Made by a program: the position numbers and the translations under genes
Notes under the pieces: generated by a model
Seen by the model: only the letters and a program-made list of their open reading frames with translations
Told to the model about the DNA's origin: nothing
Databases searched by the model: none
Shown here: positions 21,685 through 30,917 of the stretch, piece by piece
How positions within the stretch are numbered: position 1 is the stretch's first letter
Layout of the letters: each line of letters begins with the position of its first letter
From: a virus
Length of the DNA: 34,861 nt
Strand: one strand, 5' to 3'
Virus record (IMG/VR): IMGVR_UViG_3300045988_168171
Span: 1 to 34,861 of that record

Positions 21685-22297
21685 AAAAGGTTTATCAAGA
21701 TTGTTCTTTGCAAAATACACCTATGCAGCAGAATCTGGTGTTAAATATACCGATGGATGCGAAACAGAGAAACTAGCATCGTATTCCGTTGAAACAGAGT
21801 CGAGTGATGATAGCGATCTTTATTTGAACAATGGTGTTGCTGAAACAGAAAAAGGACGATTCACAACAGGAACTTTGACACATTCAACTGGTGATTTAAC
21901 CAATGAAACTTCAAAATTGATTTTAGGTTTGAAAACAACAACTGTAACTATCGAAGGAATTGATGGTTCTGGTGTTGAAGAAATGATCTATGATGATGAT
22001 GTCAAACCGATTGATTGTGGTGTTGGTTTTGTTGAATTACATCAAACAAATGGAAAAGATTTTTATCGTGCAATCGTGTTGGCACGTGTTGCATATAACA
22101 TCCCAAATACTTCAGCAAATACAAGAGGTGAATCTGTTGAATGGCAAACGCAGGAAGCAACCGCTCGTATTTTACGTTCTGAACAAAAAGATAGCACATA
22201 TAATCATCCTTGGAAGTATAGTGCAGATCTAGATTCAGAAGACAATGCAGTGAAATATATCAAACATAAATTGAATATTACTGATTCTGGGGAATAG
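21677..22297 (+). CDS. Major tail protein
   Basis: 206 aa immediately upstream of the chaperone/frameshift pair and the tape measure gene. Confidence 0.75.
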   Translation: MAKKGLSRLFFAKYTYAAESGVKYTDGCETEKLASYSVETESSDDSDLYLNNGVAETEKGRFTTGTLTHSTGDLTNETSKLILGLKTTTVTIEGIDGSGVEEMIYDDDVKPIDCGVGFVELHQTNGKDFYRAIVLARVAYNIPNTSANTRGESVEWQTQEATARILRSEQKDSTYNHPWKYSADLDSEDNAVKYIKHKLNITDSGE

Positions 22298-22307
22298 AGG
22301 AAATTGA

Positions 22308-22718
22308 ATGTTAACAAAAGTGATTTATATCGATATTGATGGAAAAAGTTATCCAATGACTTTTTCCCTTGCTTGTTTAAAACACATGGATTCAATTCAG
22401 ATGATCGCATCAAAAGTGCAGAAGAATCAAAGTATATCGGATTCTGCAGAGGTCATTGCACGTATGCTTTCAGCTATGATCACAAGTGGTTGTTATTATT
22501 GCAATGAAATGCATCTTACAAATTATAAAAACTCACCGGCTGAAAATGGAAAGATCAAACCATTGTCTGAAGAAAAGATTCTGCATTTTATTCCTGCCGA
22601 TGAACAAAGCTTGAAGTATGTTGTTCAGAAGATCCAATTATGTGTAAATGTATCAAACGCTAAGAGCATCAATGCAGTGAATTCTGTCAATTCAAAAAAA
22701 AAGAAGAAAAAGCGTTAA
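22308..22718 (+). CDS. Tail assembly chaperone (gpG-like)
   Basis: 136 aa ending ...NSKKKKKKR, directly upstream of the tape measure gene. Confidence 0.8.
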   Translation: MLTKVIYIDIDGKSYPMTFSLACLKHMDSIQMIASKVQKNQSISDSAEVIARMLSAMITSGCYYCNEMHLTNYKNSPAENGKIKPLSEEKILHFIPADEQSLKYVVQKIQLCVNVSNAKSINAVNSVNSKKKKKKR

Positions 22719-22900
22719 GAGGAGATAGTAATCTCTACCTTTATGCACGTGCAATAGGGTTGGGGATGAAGCCTGCTCTAGTGATCCATATGCCGATGGG
22801 AGAACTATCTGAAATTGTGGATTGCAATCTTATTTTAAATGGATATTGTGATGAATATCTAGCATCAGATGATGCATATGTAAACGTAGATCTAGAGTAG
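22694..22900 (+). promoter_or_regulatory. Programmed -1 frameshift site (A9 run) and gpT-like extension
   Basis: Slippery A AAA AAA AAG at 22694-22703. The -1 frame is open from there to TAG 22898-22900 and encodes ...RGDSNLYLYARAIGLGMKPALVIHMPMGELSEIVDCNLILNGYCDEYLASDDAYVNVDLE with no start codon of its own. Confidence 0.75.
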
Positions 22901-22907
22901 GAGGTGT

Positions 22908-25064
22908 ATATCGAAGCCATATGATATTGGTCCGAAAATATCGATTAAAGGTGAAAAAGAATTTAATCAGTCGATCCAACAGATTAATCAATCTTTAAAA
23001 GAGTATGGTTCTGAATTAAAAGCAATTTCTACTCAATTTGATGAGAATGGAAACAGTCAGGATGCATTGATTCAAAAGAATCAAAATTTGCAAAGGCAAT
23101 ATGACCTTCAACAACAGAAAATCAAGTTATTGAATGATCAACTTGAAAAGCAGACCGCTTATTTGAATGAGCAAAGGCAAGAAATCGAACGATTGACTGC
23201 TGAATATGGAGAGAACTCGAAAGAGGTTCAGAAAGCAAGAAATGCGTATGCTTCGACTGAATCCAGTATTTCAAAATTAAAAACATCCATCAATGAAACA
23301 ACATCGTATTCGAATAAATTATCGAATGATATTAATAAGAATAATAAGATGTTGGATGAGATGGCATCTGGGTCAAGAGATGCTGCAACTGGTTTAGAAA
23401 AAGTCGGAGACTCTGCCAATGATGCATCCAATGATTTAGATGATATGAGTTCATCAGCTGATGAACTCAATGAAAATTTTAAAAAAGCCTTTAGTGCAGA
23501 AGCGGTTGCTGACTTTGCTTCAGGTGTAACAGACAGCTTAAAAGGTGTAGTCGAAGAATCTAAAGAATATTTAAAAATCATGGGTTCTTTGGAAACTTCT
23601 TCTAGGAATTTAAATTACACAACAGCCGAAACTACGCAAACATACAATCTATTGTATGGAGTGTTGGGTGACACACAGACTGCTGCTACAACTACTGCCA
23701 ATCTTCAGGCACTTGGTTTGGAACAACAGGATTTGATCAATATCACCAAAGGTGCAATTGGGGCTTGGGCAACGTATGGAGATTCTATTCCAATTGATAG
23801 TTTGGCTGAATCTATCAACGAAACGATTCGAGTTGGCCAAGTGACAGGTACATTTGCCGACATGTTGAACTGGGCCGGAACCAGTGAGGATGCCTTTAAT
23901 GAAAAGTTGGCAAATTGTTCCAGTGAATCAGAACGTGCAAAATTAGTGCTTCAGGAAATGGCAAATCAAGGATTGATTGGTGCTGCCGATGCTTGGAATG
24001 CAAACAATAAGAACCTTGTCGATGCAAATTTGGCACAGGAAAATTACAATAAAACGATGGCTGAATTGTCTAAAACGATCATGCCATTGTTTACTACGGT
24101 CATGCAAATTGTGACGGAAATCGTTAAATTGTTTACACAATTGCCAGAACCAATTCAATTAGGGATTGTTGCGATATTAGGCATCATCTCATTACTGTCC
24201 GGACTCGCTCCAATCATAACCGCTATTGGAATGGCAAGTGGAGGTGCGGCGGTAGGAACTGGTGCATTATCTACCACATTATTACCGATTGCAGGAGTAG
24301 TGTTGGGTATCATCGCAGCAATTACTGCATTGATATTAGTGATCCAAAATTGGGGAGCGATTACCGACTGGATCGGTCAAAAGTGGGATGAATTAAAACA
24401 ATGGGCATCTAACCTTTGGGAGAGTATCAAAGCTTCCTGGAATGAAGGTATTGAAAATGTAAAGAATAAATTGGACAGTTGGGCGCAGGGAGTTGCAGAT
24501 ACATTCTCCAATGCATTGAATTCTATTAGTCAATGGATATCGGATACGATTTCTTCTGTGGCCGAATGGGCATCAAATTTAGTCAACAAAGGAAAAGAAG
24601 CAATCGATAACTTTTGTTCAACGATTGGAAACGCTGTATCATCGTTGCCTGGGAAATTCCTTCAATGGGGAAAAGATATGATTGATAATTTCATTCAAGG
24701 TGTAAAAGAAAAATTGAGTGGATTATTTGGAATCTTTGGAAATATCACTGGATGGATTCGAAAAAATCTGCACTTTTCCGTACCAGATGAAGGACCTTTA
24801 GCAGATGCCGATACTTGGATGCCTGACTTCATGGATTTGATGGCAAAAGGAATTCATGACAATCGAACAAAAGTTCAAAAGGAAGTCATGGATTTGGCAG
24901 ATATGATGAAGTTAGAACCATCATATAATTCAAGTAGTCGAACAGTCACAAATCCTACGATCGTTGTAAATACAACAACATCGCTAGATGGTAGAGTGAT
25001 TTCAAAGAATACAGAAAAGCATATTGGAAATAGACAGGAAAGTTTGGCATATATGAAAGGATGA
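22908..25064 (+). CDS. Tail tape measure protein (start codon unresolved)
   Basis: Coiled-coil N-terminus, central TM cluster (LGIVAILGIISLLSGLAPIITAIGMASGG...), about 700 aa. The frame is open from 22896, but the first ATG/GTG/TTG is TTG 23067. ATA 22908 follows the AGGAGGTG RBS. Confidence 0.8.
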   Translation: MSKPYDIGPKISIKGEKEFNQSIQQINQSLKEYGSELKAISTQFDENGNSQDALIQKNQNLQRQYDLQQQKIKLLNDQLEKQTAYLNEQRQEIERLTAEYGENSKEVQKARNAYASTESSISKLKTSINETTSYSNKLSNDINKNNKMLDEMASGSRDAATGLEKVGDSANDASNDLDDMSSSADELNENFKKAFSAEAVADFASGVTDSLKGVVEESKEYLKIMGSLETSSRNLNYTTAETTQTYNLLYGVLGDTQTAATTTANLQALGLEQQDLINITKGAIGAWATYGDSIPIDSLAESINETIRVGQVTGTFADMLNWAGTSEDAFNEKLANCSSESERAKLVLQEMANQGLIGAADAWNANNKNLVDANLAQENYNKTMAELSKTIMPLFTTVMQIVTEIVKLFTQLPEPIQLGIVAILGIISLLSGLAPIITAIGMASGGAAVGTGALSTTLLPIAGVVLGIIAAITALILVIQNWGAITDWIGQKWDELKQWASNLWESIKASWNEGIENVKNKLDSWAQGVADTFSNALNSISQWISDTISSVAEWASNLVNKGKEAIDNFCSTIGNAVSSLPGKFLQWGKDMIDNFIQGVKEKLSGLFGIFGNITGWIRKNLHFSVPDEGPLADADTWMPDFMDLMAKGIHDNRTKVQKEVMDLADMMKLEPSYNSSSRTVTNPTIVVNTTTSLDGRVISKNTEKHIGNRQESLAYMKG

Positions 25065-25068
25065 TCGT

Positions 25069-25770
25069 ATGAAAGATGATATTTATTTAGACTATAGATC
25101 ATGCATCAAAATGGGATTGTTTCCGGTCAAACCGCCTGTCATTCCGACTGCCAAAAAGCAATACAATGAAGTCACAATTCCAGGAAGAGATGGTATCTTT
25201 TATGAAGACCTAGGCACATACGATGATATCGTGCTTCCTGTTGAATTTAATTTTCAATCAAAAAAGAAAACAGTTGATGAACGCTTCCGATATTACAGAA
25301 GCGTTCTTTTCAATGTTAAAGAATTGATGCGTGATAGTGATCCAGATATGTATTATCGAATTAAAAAGATTGAGATAGGCAATTTGGATCGTGGCACTTC
25401 CAATACGATAGGCACGTTCCAATGTGATTTTACATTGGATCCTTATGCCTATTTAAGAGCTGGCAAAAAGAAAATGACTCCTAATCGAGTAAAATTCAAT
25501 CGATATGATGTATGCCATCCAATTTACGTAATTACTGGTGAAGGTGTTTGCCAATTGAAAATAAATGGAAATACCGCATCATTGAATGTGACGGATACAG
25601 TTTATATCGATACAGATTTACATCTGTGTTATCGAGATGATGGCACATGGATCAATACTTCTTTGAGTGGTTATTATGAAGATCTGTATTTGAAACATGG
25701 AATAAATGAATTGTCTTTTTCTTCCGGATTTGATGTTCGAATTATTCCAAATTGGAGGACGATCGTATGA
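25069..25770 (+). CDS. Distal tail protein (Dit)
   Basis: 233 aa directly after the tape measure gene. N-terminus ...VTIPGRDGIFYEDLGTYDDIVLPVEFNF is typical of siphophage Dit. Confidence 0.75.
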   Translation: MKDDIYLDYRSCIKMGLFPVKPPVIPTAKKQYNEVTIPGRDGIFYEDLGTYDDIVLPVEFNFQSKKKTVDERFRYYRSVLFNVKELMRDSDPDMYYRIKKIEIGNLDRGTSNTIGTFQCDFTLDPYAYLRAGKKKMTPNRVKFNRYDVCHPIYVITGEGVCQLKINGNTASLNVTDTVYIDTDLHLCYRDDGTWINTSLSGYYEDLYLKHGINELSFSSGFDVRIIPNWRTIV

Positions 25771-27584
25771 TAAGTATATATTCTCCAGGCAATGAAGGTT
25801 TTGAAAAGAATGGAAATTGTACTTTATTTCCGACATCATGTATTGCTCACTTTGAAATTAATGGAGAGTGGACGGTCACAATGATACATCCACTTGATGA
25901 ACGATCTGATTTTATAGAAAAAGATGCAATATTGAAAGTTCCAACTCCATATGGAGATTTACTTTATCAAATTAAAAAATATGATAAATCAGATTATGAC
26001 GTTCAAGTGACAGCTTATCCAATTTTTTTAAGAGCCAAAGGACTGGCTCCTTTTTTATGGGATAAACGAGCAGTCAATTGTACCGGTCAAAATGCACTAG
26101 ATATCATTCTAGGGGATAGCAATTATCAAGGGGAATCGAATATCACAAAGACTTCGACTGCTTATTTTGAACAAATGAATGTGATCCAGGCAATTAATGG
26201 TGATACAGACAATTCCTTTATCAATCGATGGGGTGGCGAGATTGCCTGGTTGAACAATAAAGTGTTGATCAATGATAGACTTGGCGAAGAAAATCAATTC
26301 AGGGCCGAATTTGGATATAACTTATCTGGAGTCACAGAAACTTATGATGATTCAGAAGTCATTACTCGAATATATCCTAAAGCATTCAATGGGTATATGC
26401 TTCCAGATCATGAGAGTATCGATAGTTCTCTGATCAATAACTATACAGAACCAAGACCGCAGATTGTCGAATACTCAAATATCAAATTAGCTTCGGATGC
26501 ATCGGAAAACGATGCAGAGAATGGAGTGATTGTCTGTGAAACATTGGATGATTTATATGATGAATTGCGGAGCGCTGCATCCAAAGATTTTGAAAATGGA
26601 TGTGATCTTCCAAAAATAACATATCAAGTATCTTTGGTTGATTTATCGAGATTGGACATTTACAAAGAATTCAAAGATTTGGTGAAAATCAATCTTGGAG
26701 ATTCTGGAAAAGTTCGTCATCGAAAAATGAAGATTGAAACAACGCAAAGAGTCATATCAATGGATTATGACTGTATTTTAGAAAAAATAGATAGCATGAC
26801 ATTGGGAAGCGATACTGCTTCCTTTTTTGAAAAAGTAGGGTCAGTCACAAGCTCTTATGAAAAAGTTGTCGACATGAAAAGCAATACTGTCATTGCAGAA
26901 AAGGTGCAAGGCATTATCAATGCAGCAAAAGCATCATTAAAAGCGCAAAAAGATGTGGCACATAAACAAGAGATACGTGCCATGCTGTTTGAGGATTTGG
27001 ATCCAAACAGTCCAACCTTTGGCGCTATGTGTGCTGGAACACAGGGAATTCAAATTTCAAAAAAGAGGAATGAAACCAATACGGACTGGGTATGGGGAAC
27101 CGCTATTGATTTTGAATCGATTATTGCTGATTACATCATCACAGGTATTCTTTCAGATAAAAATGGAAACTTCTATCTGAATATGGACACCGGTGAATTG
27201 GTCATGAATGATGGTACGTTCAGAGGGGTGCTAAATACGTACAAAGATGTAGGTATTGGCAATTGGTTATATCTAGGAACGCAAGCTACCGATGGTAACT
27301 TTTCAGCATCTGGTATGACAGTTGGGCCATTAGGGTCAGGCACCGAGAATAAACCATTGATAAATATGTGGGGTAATCAAAATAATCGTTCAGGATCCAT
27401 AAATATTCTTCCATTTAGTGGCGCAGATGATTGTAGTATTTTTTTGACTCGTGATAACAATGAAAATTCAATTCAATTGAAAACTTCAGCTTTAACAATC
27501 AACGGAAAAGGTGGTTTGACAGGAACATACCGAGTAGAAAATTCATTAACCGTTGAAAAAGGATTAGTCACAGGAGTCAGCTAA
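25767..27584 (+). CDS. Tail-associated lysin/tip protein (Tal; phage minor structural protein N-terminal region)
   Basis: ATGA overlap start at 25767 after a GGAGGA RBS. Translation begins MISIYSPGNEGFEKNGNCTLFP... About 605 aa. Position after Dit. Confidence 0.75.
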   Translation: MISIYSPGNEGFEKNGNCTLFPTSCIAHFEINGEWTVTMIHPLDERSDFIEKDAILKVPTPYGDLLYQIKKYDKSDYDVQVTAYPIFLRAKGLAPFLWDKRAVNCTGQNALDIILGDSNYQGESNITKTSTAYFEQMNVIQAINGDTDNSFINRWGGEIAWLNNKVLINDRLGEENQFRAEFGYNLSGVTETYDDSEVITRIYPKAFNGYMLPDHESIDSSLINNYTEPRPQIVEYSNIKLASDASENDAENGVIVCETLDDLYDELRSAASKDFENGCDLPKITYQVSLVDLSRLDIYKEFKDLVKINLGDSGKVRHRKMKIETTQRVISMDYDCILEKIDSMTLGSDTASFFEKVGSVTSSYEKVVDMKSNTVIAEKVQGIINAAKASLKAQKDVAHKQEIRAMLFEDLDPNSPTFGAMCAGTQGIQISKKRNETNTDWVWGTAIDFESIIADYIITGILSDKNGNFYLNMDTGELVMNDGTFRGVLNTYKDVGIGNWLYLGTQATDGNFSASGMTVGPLGSGTENKPLINMWGNQNNRSGSINILPFSGADDCSIFLTRDNNENSIQLKTSALTINGKGGLTGTYRVENSLTVEKGLVTGVS

Positions 27585-28084
27585 TGGCACAGTCATTTCA
27601 AACATTTGTCAACACGTATAATGGGACTGGTCATGATGTGGATGGCTATTATGGTGCTCAATGCTGGGATGGTTATGCATTTTATGATCAATGGCTAGGA
27701 TATAGTCCGATCCATTGTACTGCTACCGGCGGTGCACGTGACCTTTGGGAACGGAGATACTCCAATGGAATGCTGAATAATCACGATATCGTGACTGGTT
27801 CATTGCAGGATGGAGATATTGGTGTTTGGACCAATGCATACGGTGGAGGTTATGGTCACGTTGCCATGTATTACAAAGGTCAGTGGTTCGGTCAAAACCA
27901 AGGCGGTCCAGCTTATCCTGGTGGAGGTGCAGTATACAATATTGCTTTATTATCTTATCCAGATGGTGGAGTATTTAGACCAAAGTGTTATGCCAGTGGT
28001 TCCGGTGGAACAAAGAAAGTTTTAGAACTGAATCTTCAGAACGGATTAGTTGTTGGCGCAAGATGGATAGAAGTTGAAATCTAG
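27584..28084 (+). CDS. Virion-associated CHAP-domain peptidoglycan hydrolase
   Basis: DGYYGAQCWDG (catalytic Cys) and GYGHVAMY (His). Clearly paralogous to the N-terminal domain of the endolysin at 32517. Confidence 0.85.
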   Translation: MAQSFQTFVNTYNGTGHDVDGYYGAQCWDGYAFYDQWLGYSPIHCTATGGARDLWERRYSNGMLNNHDIVTGSLQDGDIGVWTNAYGGGYGHVAMYYKGQWFGQNQGGPAYPGGGAVYNIALLSYPDGGVFRPKCYASGSGGTKKVLELNLQNGLVVGARWIEVEI

Positions 28085-28095
28085 GAGGTGATGTG

Positions 28096-28773
28096 ATGAA
28101 CTACATATCTTTTAAAAATAAAGATGTAACTCACGTCATAGATTGCATGCAATACGATACAGATCGTACTGCTGAATTTATGATAGAAGAAGTTGTCAAA
28201 AATAAAAATATTACGTATGAAATTGAAACCACAAATGAAAAAGAAGTAAAAGGAGACTGTACGATATCAGATGATAATGTGGTCTCTTTTTTGATTCCGG
28301 AAAATGTAACAGCATCTCCTGGTATTTACAAAGGTCAATTAATATCAAGAGATAGTGCTGGGTCATCAGCTCAAATCAGCAGTTTTCCTTTTTTGGTTTT
28401 AGTTGAAAAAGCAGTGCATGATCAAGACGATCCATATGAAGTCGCATTGTCTGAAGTCAGACAAGCGACACAAGAGTGTATCGATGCAACTGAAGACTTG
28501 AATGATATTAAGAGCGCTGCTCAAACTGCTACAAGTTCTGCCAATAGCGCTGCTTCATCAGCAAATGCAGCCGCAAGTAAAGCGAACACTGCAGTTAGCA
28601 CAGCAAATGCTAAGATTCAAGAGATGGAGGAAATTATCGATCGATTTGGTGATATCAATCCAGAGGATTTGGTGACTCCAAGTGAATTGAATGCATTGAG
28701 AACAGAAGTAATAAATCTGATCAATGGTATCAAGAATGGTACTACTGATGTCATGATCGAAGTGGAGGGTTAA
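28096..28773 (+). CDS. Baseplate upper protein-like (BppU-type N-terminal domain plus Ala/Ser-rich coiled coil)
   Basis: N-terminal Ig-like region ...VTASPGIYKGQLISRD...FPFLVLV.. and C-terminal AAQTATSSANSAASSANAAASKANTAVSTANAKI. Confidence 0.55.
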   Translation: MNYISFKNKDVTHVIDCMQYDTDRTAEFMIEEVVKNKNITYEIETTNEKEVKGDCTISDDNVVSFLIPENVTASPGIYKGQLISRDSAGSSAQISSFPFLVLVEKAVHDQDDPYEVALSEVRQATQECIDATEDLNDIKSAAQTATSSANSAASSANAAASKANTAVSTANAKIQEMEEIIDRFGDINPEDLVTPSELNALRTEVINLINGIKNGTTDVMIEVEG

Positions 28774-28777
28774 TAAT

Positions 28778-29098
28778 ATGCGAACTCTCAAATTTAATGT
28801 ACGTGGTCAGACTTTGGAAAAAGATCCAAAGTGTGATTATGGCAACATTGTCGCTGGATCCAAAGGATATCTATTATTTGAATTCAATTTTTCAGAAGAA
28901 TTGAATGGATATCGAAAGGTCGCATGCTTCATTGATGGGCCGGATATTGAGTATGTACCAATCATCAATGATCGATGTATCGTTCCAGACAATGTGACCG
29001 ACTCAAGAAAGATATTATTCTTTCTGACTTTCGTTGCAAATGATCAAAAGTTTGCGACTAATAAATTATCAATCAAGCAGGAGGTGATTGTGCAATGA
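28778..29098 (+). CDS. Hypothetical tail/baseplate protein (106 aa)
   Basis: ORF track. Operon-coupled within the fibre module. Confidence 0.6.
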   Translation: MRTLKFNVRGQTLEKDPKCDYGNIVAGSKGYLLFEFNFSEELNGYRKVACFIDGPDIEYVPIINDRCIVPDNVTDSRKILFFLTFVANDQKFATNKLSIKQEVIVQ

Positions 29099-29673
29099 AA
29101 ACATTAGATGATGCACTAGCTGTCCTGGATACTCAACAAGAAGAGATTCAATACTGTACGATCGATCCAGAAACACGTGAAATCACTGTGCCGGATACAT
29201 ATAAAATTTTAGGTGTTGAATCCGATGAAGATGTAGAAAGGGTCTATTTTAAATGTCCAAAGATCGTAGGTGACAATATAGATCTTTCAAGTCTTGTAAT
29301 TTTTGTAAACTATCAAAATGCATCTGGAGAAAAAGACAGATATTACTGTGATGATGTATCGGTAAAAGGAGACGAGATCACATTTAGTTGGTTGATTCCT
29401 CGTAAATGCGCGAAGACTCCAGGCACAATCCAATTTATTGTGTGTGCCAAAAAATCTGTCGAAGAAGATGTAACTAATGAATGGAATACTACAGTTGCTC
29501 GTTCTCAGGTCCTTGAAGGCTTGGAACCAGATGAGTTTTTTGAAGAGACATATCCAGATATAATTAATCAAATATTACAAGAACTAGATGAAATTAAAGC
29601 AATGGGCGGCGCAGGAGCACCGTCTTTTTATGTAAATGAAAAAGGCCATTTAATTGCTAAGTACGAAGAATAG
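29095..29673 (+). CDS. Hypothetical tail fibre-associated protein (192 aa) ending in the GHLIAKYEE motif
   Basis: ORF track. The C-terminal motif is shared with the next ORF. Confidence 0.65.
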   Translation: MKTLDDALAVLDTQQEEIQYCTIDPETREITVPDTYKILGVESDEDVERVYFKCPKIVGDNIDLSSLVIFVNYQNASGEKDRYYCDDVSVKGDEITFSWLIPRKCAKTPGTIQFIVCAKKSVEEDVTNEWNTTVARSQVLEGLEPDEFFEETYPDIINQILQELDEIKAMGGAGAPSFYVNEKGHLIAKYEE

Positions 29674-29686
29674 GAGGATTGATTTT

Positions 29687-29914
29687 ATGGCAAGAGAAGT
29701 AGATTTAGGATGCATTGTTCCAAGCATCGGAGTAAATGGGAACTGGTTCATAGGAGAAACCGACCTGTTGAAACCATCTCGTGGAGAAAAAGGTGATCAG
29801 GGAGATCAAGGCCCTCAAGGCGTACAAGGTGTACAGGGTCCAGCTGGTAAAGATGGTGTCACTCCAGAGTTGAGCATAGAGAACGGTCACTTAATCGCAA
29901 CATACCAAGAATAG
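29687..29914 (+). CDS. Short collagen-like protein (75 aa)
   Basis: AGGAGG RBS before ATG 29687. Translation has MAREVDLG..., Gly-X-Y repeats (GEKGDQGDQGPQGVQGVQGPAGKDG) and ...NGHLIATYQE. Confidence 0.65.
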   Translation: MAREVDLGCIVPSIGVNGNWFIGETDLLKPSRGEKGDQGDQGPQGVQGVQGPAGKDGVTPELSIENGHLIATYQE

Positions 29915-29924
29915 AGGTGTCATC

Positions 29925-30317
29925 ATGGCAAGACGAGTTGATCTTGGCAACGTGATAGGTCCGCAAGGGAATCAAGGTGTTCAGGGGCCTAAAGGAGATC
30001 CTGGCGCTAAAGGTGCTGATGGGGTATCTGTTACAAGCATTGAGCAAACAACAGAATCATCTGCTGATTCTGGAACAAACGTGATTACCGTTACTCTATC
30101 AAATGGTGTCAAGCAAACGTTTAATGTCAAAAATGGTAGCAAAGGTTTGACGGGGGCTAAAGGTGATAAGGGAGACACTGGACCACAGCCCCCTCTTACT
30201 GATAATTTGACATCAACAAGTACAATATCTGCTTTGACTGCAGCAAAGGGAAAAGAATTAAATGACAAAATCACGTCATTATTAGCTGGTAATGATGCAG
30301 CTATGGCTGAACAATAG
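29925..30317 (+). CDS. Collagen-like tail fibre protein
   Basis: MARRVDLG..., two Gly-X-Y blocks separated by a beta-rich segment, and a C-terminal LTSTSTISALTAAKGKELNDKI fibre-type motif. Confidence 0.75.
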   Translation: MARRVDLGNVIGPQGNQGVQGPKGDPGAKGADGVSVTSIEQTTESSADSGTNVITVTLSNGVKQTFNVKNGSKGLTGAKGDKGDTGPQPPLTDNLTSTSTISALTAAKGKELNDKITSLLAGNDAAMAEQ

Positions 30318-30330
30318 GAGGTAAAGTATT

Positions 30331-30825
30331 ATGTCTTTATTCAGATTTAAATCGAAAGGAAAATTACGTCAACTGGTCGACCTGGTATATCCGGTCGGCT
30401 CTATTTATATTAGCACCGCTTCAACGAATCCAGGAACCTTGTTTGGTGGTACTTGGGAAGCGTTTGCGCCTGGTCGAGTTTTGATCGGTGCCGGTCAAGG
30501 AGATGATGGCACTACAAGTATGTCCTTTACTTCTCTAGGAACATATGGAAAATACAAGCATCAACATGAGCCTGGAACACTTGGCGCAGACTGGAACCAT
30601 TTTGTGAACGGCTACCGAATGTATATGGATTATCGAGAAATTAACAATGGAACTAATTATCCTGAGAACAAGCGACTCTATATTGGATCATCAGATTTAC
30701 AATCTGTGACAGATCGAACTGATAATGAAGCAAATGCATCTCAAATTGGGATATCTGGCAAAACTGAAAATACAGATAATATCATGCCTAGCATTGGTGT
30801 ATATATGTTTAGACGTACCGCTTAG
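30331..30825 (+). CDS. Tail fibre tip / receptor-binding-type protein (tail-collar-like)
   Basis: VGSIYISTASTNPGTLFGGTWEAFAPGRVLIG... and a G..KHQH motif typical of phage tail-collar/fibre tip proteins. Confidence 0.7.
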   Translation: MSLFRFKSKGKLRQLVDLVYPVGSIYISTASTNPGTLFGGTWEAFAPGRVLIGAGQGDDGTTSMSFTSLGTYGKYKHQHEPGTLGADWNHFVNGYRMYMDYREINNGTNYPENKRLYIGSSDLQSVTDRTDNEANASQIGISGKTENTDNIMPSIGVYMFRRTA

Positions 30826-30917
30826 GTATGTCCTTTACTGCCAGTTCTACAGGTGGTAAATATAAGCATCAGCATGATTATGGGCTACAATTTAGAGAGT
30901 ATTACGGTTTAACTTAG
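30826..30917 (+). pseudogene. Remnant of an alternative tail-fibre tip cassette
   Basis: gtatgtcctttact at 30826-30839 is identical to 30518-30531 inside the tip gene. The following ~45 nt are about 70 percent identical (MSFTASSTGGKYKHQHDYG vs MSFTSLGTYGKYKHQHEPG). It lies out of frame with the tip gene and is cut off after 29 codons. Confidence 0.65.

Noticed and set aside
22719-22900. Independent small gene between the chaperone and tape measure genes
   Set aside because: It has no start codon or RBS. The frame is reached by a -1 slip on the A9 run at 22694-22702, the conserved G/G-T arrangement of siphophages.
29740-30190. Tandem nucleotide repeats or a DGR variable region in the fibre genes
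   Set aside because: The periodicity is the 9-nt Gly-X-Y collagen codon pattern within ORFs. No template repeat or reverse transcriptase exists.
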